From Syncephalis fuscata S228 (Eukaryota > Fungi > Zoopagomycota): a stretch of 64,000 nt of DNA. Location of the stretch: assembly GCA_025786725.1 (NCBI GenBank), contig JAHLTZ010000050.1, forward strand, positions 1 to 64,000, given 5' to 3'. The stretch's first letter is position 1. Every line of letters starts with the position of its first letter. A program made the position numbers and the translations under genes. This document shows positions 26,637 to 36,999 of the stretch, piece after piece. The notes beneath the pieces are model-generated. The model was not told the origin of the DNA. It saw nothing but the letters and a program-made list of their open reading frames with translations, and did no database searches.

Positions 26637-27817
26637 ATTTTAATATCATGCTTATATTGTTATGATGCGTGGCTAAAAATTGCATTGTGCTTAAACGAAT
26701 CTGTTAGAATTACATGCAAACAGTCAATAATATATATATATGTATATATTAAATAGTAATACTAATTATTATAAACAAACAGTTACTACAATAATATAGT
26801 CGGTAAATACTTGTTAGCTATAAACATATGAACGGTCATATAAACTAGTACCGTTGTGTTAAAAATAAAATAATACAATCGCTGAAGTTTTATTAAATAA
26901 ATTAGTGATTCATCTTTCATTGCTTCACTAATAAAATGGTTTATGATTACGCTTGTCTTTAAGATGGATCGACTTTATTCATTACTATTCATTTTTCTAT
27001 AACGCCTATTGTTCTACCAAATACTATAATAACGCTATTTGGAGTTAAATAACATATATTCTTCTTACTACGTTTACTGTTTTACTAGTAATATCTTTTA
27101 TGATAGTAATTGATGTTTATGGCCAAATAACTTTATTCTAAATATATTTATTTGTTTATTTCTAATATGTTCTGCGATCTACCGACCTGTTGGATAAATT
27201 GACTTTTACTATTTTACACTTTGCTTGTTAATAGATTTAATTCGCGTCTCAATAAATATTGACTGACAGGCTCTACAGCTTACAATTACGTCACACTTTT
27301 CTTTCTCTTTCTTCACACCTAATAGCAATATCCAGAGCATATACTTTTACACACCATATATGTTATATAGATAGTGTTGGTATTTGACTGACTACTAGTT
27401 GAGTACAAACACTTTTAGATTACTTTCCTGCAGTACTTTTTCTTATTGTTACTTTTTACAGCCACCTTCATCACTTTAATCATTTATATAATAAGTATAG
27501 TTTTGGTTTTGTTGGTTTTGTTGGCTTTGTCTTAGGCTATGTTGAATATGTGCTGTGAGCCTTGGTTTTTACTTTGTCATTACTATGGATTATTACATAT
27601 TTATAGTAAACCAAAGCATACAGCGATTTTGGCAGCATATAGCCACTACCACATCGTGTACAGCAGTTGTTTACATATAACAATGGTGGTATAGAAAGCA
27701 CTGCTAGCATAGTCACTGAACAAGTTTTCAGCGCCAATACAGTAGTGCTGTCTACCATTATTGCTACTGTTGTATGTAAATAGCAGCCAGAACGATTCCA
27801 TGTTGGCTATATGTGCT
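26637..27817 (-). repeat. Right arm of the ~1.18-kb inverted repeat
   Basis: Reverse complement of 17131-18309. Confidence 0.9.
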
Positions 27818-27869
27818 TTTAGCTTACCAGAGATAGAATGGTATATAATATTAAAAGTATGCAATGGGA

Positions 27870-28050
27870 ATAATGCATATGTACACTGAATATATGCATA
27901 CTGGATAATAAATCTACGATGATGAGTATTTTAATGATTGATGTCACTCACTACTCAGTTCTATCTTTAATAGAACGAATGTCTAGTTCGATAGATTGAA
28001 TATTATTTAATGCAATAATTTTATTCTAAATCATGTTAAATTGTTGATAG
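27870..28050. mobile_element. MITE-family terminus
   Basis: Inverted match to the 20420-20590 end (gcatactggataat..tctac..gatgtcactcac..aatagaacgaatgtctagttc). Confidence 0.55.
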
Positions 28051-28265
28051 CTTAATATAAAACGATCTAATTAATAATGTAGATAATAAATACGTAAATA
28101 ACCTTCAAGCTGTATTGTTATATAAAATATTACTATTCAATCATTTATATGTATATTATTGCAATTGTATTTTATTTGATAAACCAAAAATAGCTATAAT
28201 AATAATAATAATAAAAAGAAGACAAATGATCGTAATGATCATCATGCTAATATAATAACAACGCA

Positions 28266-29111
28266 CTATCGATGAAGATAATTATCAGTTAAAGCGCGTA
28301 GTCCTAGCCAGCCAGTTCGGATAGTAACCTCATTGGCGCAAATCTCGCCAAATCCAAGCATAACTCCATTGACGAATGGCAGACACAAATGAACAAGACC
28401 CAGTCGAATAAACCATATGGACCAGCCTTTAATCGAATAGTCCACGGACTGTTTAATCAACTCGCTGGTTGTTGATTGAGACTTATGACTAGACTTGCTA
28501 ATTGAATCTGTATCGCTATCAAATGGTAATGGCTTTTTCTTATCGTTGCTCTTACTTCTACGTCTATTAGTCTGATCCTGTTGCTTCCATGCTTGCCATA
28601 GTGTAGATGATGAAGGAGGACCACCTGTTGCGGCGGTAGGACGACCTACTCCATTACTACGAACATTACGTGTAGTATAGGCCGATTGGGGATGAAGATG
28701 CGTAGCAAGTCCATCTTCTTTGTCAGATAGTGAAATACTTTCGTCTGTATCAGTGGCGATCGAATCTAAACCGTCTATAGTTGAGTGTAAATGCCATGAA
28801 TCAGGCCGCGATGTCACAGCTCTGTGCGAAGTAGAAAAGAAGGCCGGAATAGGTGCGACATTCAACTGCGGAAATACATTTCCAGGTACCGCTGACGAGA
28901 GAATACTGGTTGAAGAACGTAATGAGTCATTGGCAGTGGCAGCGTCGTTGTTGGTTGTAGCGCTATTGTCGTTCTCCAGCGTGGCTGTCAAGATGGGGGA
29001 TGTAGCAGCTGCAGCCACTTCTTCTGTCGTTGATTCTAGAGTTGAAGTAGATGCATTCGGTAGAAGCATAAGAAACGGTGAAGGTGGCCCGTTGCCACTA
29101 GAAGAAGCCAT
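28266..29111 (-). CDS. MIM1: Mitochondrial import protein Mim1/Tom13 with a long low-complexity N-terminus
   Basis: The C-terminal LCLPFVNGVMLGFGEICANE is the Mim1 signature. Confidence 0.8.
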   Translation of the reverse strand: MASSSGNGPPSPFLMLLPNASTSTLESTTEEVAAAATSPILTATLENDNSATTNNDAATANDSLRSSTSILSSAVPGNVFPQLNVAPIPAFFSTSHRAVTSRPDSWHLHSTIDGLDSIATDTDESISLSDKEDGLATHLHPQSAYTTRNVRSNGVGRPTAATGGPPSSSTLWQAWKQQDQTNRRRSKSNDKKKPLPFDSDTDSISKSSHKSQSTTSELIKQSVDYSIKGWSIWFIRLGLVHLCLPFVNGVMLGFGEICANEVTIRTGWLGLRALTDNYLHR

Positions 29112-29275
29112 CAGTGTACAGAACAGGTAGATTCAAACGGATAAACAAGGCTAGAGAAAAATACGAAAAATACAGACTACAAAAGGAGCACGTCATCACA
29201 TTAGATTAATTAATCTCCATTTTTTAGTTATTCTACTCGCCTTTCGTATCATACTTTTGGCACAATATTAACAAG

Positions 29276-31820
29276 ATGCTTCAGTCAGTCTATGGTAATT
29301 ACATGGCATATTAGTACTGCAATTACTTACTAGTTTATAGAGCCAACGCCGTTTGAAACGCAATCCCGTCGTTCTACTGTGTATGGAACCCAAGGCATGG
29401 TAGCTTCTTCGTAAGTTCGTTGTTTACACATTAATATCAATTAATATTGTATATTATAGTCAGCCATTGGCTACTCAGGCCGGTTTAGATATACTGAAAA
29501 GGGGTGGTAATGCAGCGGTAAGTATATAAGTAATCCACTATTTGCAGTTAATTTATACGATAAATAGGATGCGGCAATTGCAGTGGGCAAGTTAAATCAA
29601 ATCTATTAATTAATAAATCACCGTGACTGACTCGAATTAAAGCGGCATGCCTAACGGTGACAGGTTAGCTTAATAGGCGACATCATTAAGACATTTAACA
29701 CCATATTATTAAATAGAACCGATGTCCACTGGATTGGGTGGCGATTGTTTTGCTCTGTATTATTCGGCCAAAGATGGTACTGTGCAAGGATTAAATGGTT
29801 CAGGAAGGTAATGAATTTAATGATATAAATATAGTGTTTATTAATAACAAATATGGACTAGATCTCCTGTGGGACTTAATTTGGAAAAAGCGAGAAAAGA
29901 TTTACCTGTTGGTGCAGTTGAACTACCAGAGACTTCTATCCATAGTGTCACAGTACCAGGAGCAGCAGCAGGCTGGTCGGATACACTTGAATGGTTTGGA
30001 TCGGGCAAGTTTACATTAAAGGATGTTTTGCAGCCAGCGATTCAACTGGAAGAGCATGGGTAAACAACTAGATAACTATAAACGATATAGCCACCAATTA
30101 TTATTATTATTATAGATTCCCAGTTGCATGTGTTTCTGCTCATATGGCAAGTAAATCAGTGATACACGTTAATAGTTACTAATAAAATGTATAAACAGTG
30201 GCAAGAAAATGAGGAAAAATTAAAGACGGTATCCAAGCATGGTGGTGAACTTCTTTTGAATGGACGTGCACCCAAAGAAGGTGAATTGATGCAATTACCA
30301 GAATTTGCCAAGTACGGTACAATTATATTCTTATTTATTACGCTAATAATGATTGTATATGACATTATAGCACGTTAAAAGAATTGGCGGAACAGGGCAA
30401 GGAAACATTCTATAGTGGCAAAATCGCTCAAGCTATTGTTAAAGCTGTACAGGAGCTTGGAGGATTCTTAGCGCTAGAGGATCTAAATAAACATAAAACA
30501 GAAAAGGTTACGCCCATCTCTTTAAACTATCAAGGTTGTACTTTGTATGAAATCCCACCCAATGGTCAAGGTAGCTTTTTAGTTTATTTAAATCATTCAA
30601 CTATAATTAGAAAATAGGAATTACGGCACTAATGGCTCTTGGTATACTGGATGCATTACAAGGCAACGGTCAATTACCATCAATAGAACATCTATCGCCA
30701 CAAGATCCCAAATATTTGCACCATGTCATTGAGGCATTGAGACTTGCATTTGCGGATAGTACCTGGTTTGTAACAGACCAAGAACATTCTGATGTACCTA
30801 TCAAAGAACTGCTAAGCAAAGTAGGTAGTTGTGTTAATCAATAGTAATGTTGATAATAACAATATTAATCGCAATAACAAGGATTATCTTGAGTCACGAG
30901 CCAAGCTAATTGATCCACAGAAAGCAAATATCAATCCAGGACATGGATCATTTGTTAAACGAGGTGATACCGTCTACTTTTCCGTAGTAGATGGTGAAGG
31001 CAATGCCTGTAGTTTTATAGTAAGTGACGTTTAATATACTTGACGTAATACTCATTCAAAAAAAGAACTCGACTTATTGCGGTTTTGGTGTAAGTAATTT
31101 TACCACTATTAATTGTAATACTAACTTTATTGTAGTCTGTAGGTGGCATTGATGCGATTAAAGTAGCTTAATTCGAACATTAGCCACATATTGTTTATTT
31201 ATAGGGAGTTGTACCAGAAGGATGTGGATTTGCACTACAAAATCGTGGATGCAATTTTAGTCTAAATCCAGAATGTCCCAATCGCGTTGAGCCAGCCAAG
31301 CGGCCATATCATACAATTATTCCAGGCATGGCTATTCGCAAAGACATTAATGAGATTATTTGCTTTGGTGGTAAGTTGTGTCGATTACATAGTTTTAACA
31401 ATAACTAATATATCATTGTAGTGATGGGTGGTTTTATGCAGGTAAAATAACTAAATCTGATTAATTACGATATATATATTTAATAATTAACTTTACTATT
31501 AATAATTATAGCCACAAGGTCATGTTCAAGTGTTGTTGAATCTACTGCATCGTGGTTGGACACCGCAGCGTGTACTTGATTGTCCTCGCGTGTGTCTTGA
31601 TCCAAGTACGGGTGTAGTAAGTGTAGAAGAAGGCATAACTGCTGCAACAGTCGATACACTAAGACTGCGTGGGCATGTCATTACTACGACTATGGGGCAT
31701 GCACGCAGCGTGTTTGGACGTGGCCAAATGATTATTATTCGGCGTGATACTCATACAGGCAAATTGATATTGGTTGGTGGATCCGATATGCGTGGTGATG
31801 GACAAGTTGCCGGCTGGTAA
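29276..31820 (+). CDS. Gamma-glutamyltransferase family protein (YwrD/LmbA-like), many short introns including GC-AG introns and a 3-nt exon
   Basis: [71 protein letters not shown] (catalytic Thr), [30 protein letters not shown]. Confidence 0.92.
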
Positions 31821-31959
31821 TCTACGCCATCATTATTAATATGATCAATGGATTAGTAAATAAAGCGTTGTGCCATTGGCCATTAGCCATGGTTACATTA
31901 GTTGTTAATAAAATATAGTGTATAAATCAGCTTTATTAATTTTACGCCAGTATTCGTGT

Positions 31960-32822
31960 TTAAGCCTCAACAAATGATCTGACATTCTTTAACCAGGCAA
32001 CATACTCTTTTTGTTCTTTGTATTCAATGTAGCGAGGAATGAACATGGCAAGGCCAGTATCAACACGCGTTCTTCCAAATAGCGTTCAAACTTTGTCTGC
32101 AAATCCTCTTCAAGCTGACCAAATTGTGGGCCAACATATATGCCGCGGCGTTTCCAGTTACCTTCGGCAGTGTCCTCGTTGGCGGCCAATGCATCGTTAT
32201 AGTGAATAATGTTGCTAACAAGCATCTCCCCTGATTCACATAAAGCATCAATGGTGAGTACGCCCTTGCCGGCCTTTTCGACTGAGATTTGCACTTCAAC
32301 AGGGAAGGTGTCAAGTCCCTCATCATCTTCTAGTTCCTCTGCCTCGGCATTAGCACGGGCAGCCGATTCAGGATGTTCATCTTGTAGCTCCTTTTCAAGT
32401 GAATCCAAATCAGCATCCATACGCTGGCTTTCCTCGGCACTATTAATATCAGAAATGGAAAACGATACGGTAATGTCTTCGTTGCCAAATGATCGCTTTA
32501 GTTGTACTTCATCCTTGCCGGGCTCGTCGTGAATCGTGAATTTGCTTTGTTCTTTAAAGATCGTGAGGAATTCAGGCACAGCTTTAGCCTCTGGATCGGC
32601 CAACTCGTAGCTTAGTTCAACCTCGAGCTGGTGGGCAAGATCGCGGTCCGACAAGCCTTGGCCAAAACGTGGAGCAGAAAGGGAGAGTGCGCGCACTGGC
32701 TGCATCATAGGAGCGGCAGCAGCGGTGCGTATCAACGGCATAACGCGAGGCGTATACGTAGCCATACGCATAGCGGCGACAGGGCGCACTGCCCGCATTA
32801 GATTCAAAGCGCGAAAAGCCAT
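31960..32822 (-). CDS. MAM33: Mitochondrial acidic matrix glycoprotein MAM33/p32 (one frameshift near 32065)
   Basis: Mitochondrial presequence, YVGPQFGQLEEDLQTKFERYLEER, and a shifted-frame tail ..YIEYKEQKEYVAWLKNVRSFVEA*. Confidence 0.9.
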
Positions 32823-32929
32823 ACTTTTGTTCGTTCGTTAATCAATCGGTTACGTGTAGGTAAGATCAAAAAGTACAACGAATGAATAAATCAAGAAAAA
32901 AGAAAAATATAATACCAATTATAATTTTT

Positions 32930-34739
32930 ATTGGCATTATTTTGATTCCATTCAGCGCAATAAATCATTTTACGCAATCCATTGTAATAATTTGATTAGG
33001 CTGATTTGTATTTAAATGGTCATTCACAATAAATATCAACATAATATAATAACATTACCATTTCCATAGAATAGAATTAACTGTAACAGAAATTTCTACT
33101 AGTAACTACTATTTTAAACATTTAAATAAATAATGTAACATACCATTTGATTTCTTTGAAATATTGAGGCTGATCATTGTTGTTGTTGTTAACCATGTGT
33201 AAAAAGATTGATCGAATATTAATAAAGCCACATCGTTGCAATTCCACATTGTTCCGCAGTTATTGTTGTTATTACTACGTACAGTGTGGATTATTGCGTC
33301 TGAATGGTCTCTTTTATTTTCCAATCTTCTACTGTTGCATTTTGGGCATATTTGCAATGTAAGATACTCGTCTATGATGACAAAAAGGTAGGACGACTAG
33401 CGTTTCTGATGTTCAGCATTGTCTTGCGTATTCTTAGTATCAACTTGGTAGATGCAGACTCTTTGCCGTCCATTGATCAAGCAAATGGCCTCCACCGTAT
33501 GCAATAATGATAGTTTGGGTGTTTTCACCAGAAAGATCTTGTGGCGACAGTTGTAGCCAGAATATACGGCATGCTGTTGAGGTTACTTGAACAGGTGTTG
33601 ATGTAAATAAAAGAAATAAAGACTAGGGATTGAATAGTGTTTTTATTGATGTTCAAATACGCATGTTATTTATATTGCTATATTCAACATTATTGTATGA
33701 TATATTACTGAATAAAACGATAAGATAACAATAAGAAAAAGTAATGAAATAAGTAAACGAAAAATGCGAGAGTCAAGGTAAAATGATTTGATCATGTAAA
33801 TATTACGCGCTCAATCCAATGTTTTGTTTTGTTTTAATATACAATTATACGACTTTTATTAATGATCAATAAATGAAATTAATCTGTCTTTCAATTGTTG
33901 CAATAATGTATAATATTAGCTGCTTACATTGATAAATAATTAGATTAAGCCTTATACTAGTTGTTTTAGTTGATGATCATGTAAATGTAAGTATATAAGA
34001 AGTTACAATGTGCTTGTAAATATTTATCTGTACAAACAACCAGAATTACAAGTTATAGTAACAATAATAAGTATTTAATTACTAAACTTGTCAATTCAAT
34101 TTTATCTACAACTCTTTGTTTTCTGTGCGTTATCTCAATTTAACGTTGCTGCTGTTCTAGCTGCATCAGCAACAGCCAACTTTTGATAAACGTAGTCTAG
34201 CTTAGCATAGGTATAATGATTTGTTATAGGTCAAACCAGTAATCCTTTGAGCTGCTAATTGTTTTTCTATTGGTTTCTGCTTGCTTGTTCTTCTACATTC
34301 CATCTTGCTTAACTTGTCAAAAGTGTTTTCATAAATGTAAGCAGCACTTAGGCCTTGGATAATTACCGGTTGATATACGATCCATTGACATTATGCACTC
34401 GACATTGCTGACATTCAATTGGAACTTTCTATTGTGTCTAGTCCAGTGTCTGCATATTGCATCGCGTGTAGTTTAGCCATGCAATTTAGTCTACAGCTAA
34501 AAACTGATGGCGAAAATACTGTTGAATATTCCATTGCTCAAATGTCGTGATGCATTATCCTACAAACAGTACTTATTGTATAGTTGCTTTTAGGTAATTT
34601 GGATTAGCCGCCATTTGAATGATGGTAGTTGCACATGTGGCATGATAACCTTGATGTGATGCATTTGTGAATTCAGAACAATTGCTATCCCATAACAATG
34701 GGCATAGTGGAATGAAATACACGCATGTATTGATTAATA
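32930..34739 (+). repeat. Distal part of the micro-exon gene upstream segment (copy A), interrupted by the SDR gene
   Basis: Inverted copy of ~610-2424 and direct copy of ~59990-61560. Confidence 0.9.
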
Positions 34740-34871
34740 GTCTGTCCTCTTTCTAATAACAATAACCACCAACCACCCAACCACCCACGTCTAGTGTTAT
34801 TCAGTTTAGTTAGCAGATAACAAATCATCGTATTTTTATCCATTTACTTACTATTGATACTTCTATTCACT

Positions 34872-35979
34872 ATGCCGCACGATCATACGGGTAACGCCGA
34901 GGTCAAATTGACCTTATTGTGCGTATATTAAAAACAAGCGTGTTCCACTACTCGTTTGGTTTTGTAGGCATTATTGCTGTAAAGGCTTTCGAGTTGTCTT
35001 GGCAACACCCTTTAACCCTTTTCTTCCTTTATTATACGGCTTTCCTACTCGCCGTTTACGGCATTGCTTATGTGCTTCGCCCAAAAGGCCGTATTGATTG
35101 GAAGGACCAAGTGGTCGTCATTACTGGAGGTAAGGGTCAACCACCATAGTATAGCTATAGAGATAACCAACCACACTGCCATAGGCGCTAGCGGTCTGGG
35201 TAACTGTTTGGCGGAGGGCCTTGCTTTACGTGGTGCCGATGTCGCCATTCTAGACATCAATGAGACCAAGTCTCATATGAACAATATCCGTTCTTATAAA
35301 TGTGATCTACGTGATCCAGATATGATTAAAACGGTGGCCAATCGAATCCGTGAAGAAATAGGCACACCGACCATCCTTATCAACAATGCCGCTGTTGTTT
35401 ATCCAGGGTCAATTCTGGATATTGAACCGGATAAAGTACGTCAAACCTTTGAAGTCAATACCATTTCACATTTCTGGACGGTACGTGAATTTCTGCCTGA
35501 TATGCTAGAAGCGGATCGTGGCCATATCGTTACCGTTGCCTCGTTACTGGGCTGTATCGGTGCCGGTGGTCTTACAGCATATAGTTCAAGCAAGGGCGGT
35601 GCTGTTATTTCCATGATGCACTACAACACGAATTGTCTATGATGAATACCAAAGTACGCACAACACTCGTATGTCCAGGCCATTTGTCAACGGCCATGTT
35701 TGGCATGCTTCTACCGGCAAATGCATTCCTACTGCCTATACTTTCACCTATCGATCTGTCTATCGGTATGATTGAAACTATTGAAAAGAACGCCAATATC
35801 GACTTATACATGCCATGGGGCTGTAATTTCGCCCACTTTTTTGCTATATTCCTGGATCTTTTAAATGCTTTATTAGAAAGGTAAGTCAAGTTATTGCAGT
35901 AATTAATAATAACAATGTTTTATTTTAGGTTGCGGGAGTTAATCACTCGGTTAGTCAATTGGTTCGTTCCAAGAACTAA
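34872..35979 (+). CDS. Short-chain dehydrogenase/reductase (RDH10/SDR16C/Tda5-like), with introns and frameshifts in the assembly
   Basis: N-terminal TM, VVVITGG|ASGLG, ILINNAAV, FEVNTISHFWTVREFLPDM, GHIVTVAS, YSSSKGG (YxxxK), TTLVCPG. Confidence 0.88.
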
Positions 35980-36854
35980 CCTACACTTAGTCCCTTTTGC
36001 GCCAACAAATTGGTTCAAAATCACGTGTTAGTAAATTGAACATGGATCGAAGAATAGTGCAATAATAGTGCAGGTTAATGTAATGACATTATACGGCATA
36101 CTAAAGTCAGGCAAAGGAGAACTTAATAAAAGGGCGTCGTATACAAAAAAGTATTGATTAATACTCTTTATAGTTAAAGAATTACGGTTAATTTATATAT
36201 AGCAGTAAAAACCTGTATAAAAATATCAGTTTGATACATTAAGCTTGTTTTTGCATCAGTATTGTATGCTATTTTGTATGTAACAATATTGAGACTGAAT
36301 CGGTAGAAATGGCAGCAGACATCATTATCTTTTTACAAAACCAAACAATATACTTGCTTTTACCAAATAATTAACCGTGTAATAAAAAAACAGGTTAATG
36401 TGTCTATTTTTACCATATGTACTGGGTTATGAACACCGTTACAGTACTCGTGCAAATGACTAACAGATTGAAGTAAAGACCGGGCAGGTTGTGTGCTGTT
36501 TAGTATGCATGCAGATATTGAGGACTGAATCGGTAGAAATGGCGGCAAAAATATCACTATTGCTTTTACAAAGTTAAACAATACCTTGCTTTTACCAAAT
36601 AGTTAAACCGTATAATAAAAAAGCAAAGTGATGTACATGTCTCTATCGCACATGTAATGCTCATTGGAATTGCCGTGTCATTTGTGTAAATGCCGAGCAG
36701 GTTGAAATTAAGTTTGAAAGCATAATATCACGCCATGAATCTATTGGTGCATGTGCACCTCAAACCATTATTTGGATTGTTTATTGGTTCATATTACACA
36801 TCAATGGTATATCTCGTATACTACAGTATACTGGCATCTCAGCATGATTATAAG

Positions 36855-36860
36855 TATAAA
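36855..36860 (+). promoter_or_regulatory. Putative TATA box of micro-exon gene A
   Basis: TATAAA lies ~140 nt upstream of the ATG, followed by a CT-rich leader, and is conserved in all three copies. Confidence 0.5.
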
Positions 36861-36999
36861 TAGCCCACAGAATATACACATCCAACTGCGGTATCCTCAT
36901 CACACTCTACTCTCTGCTAAACACACTCTACTCTCCACTTTATACCAACCACACTCTACTATCTCTTTTTTTTGTTTGTCTTAACAATTCAATATCACC

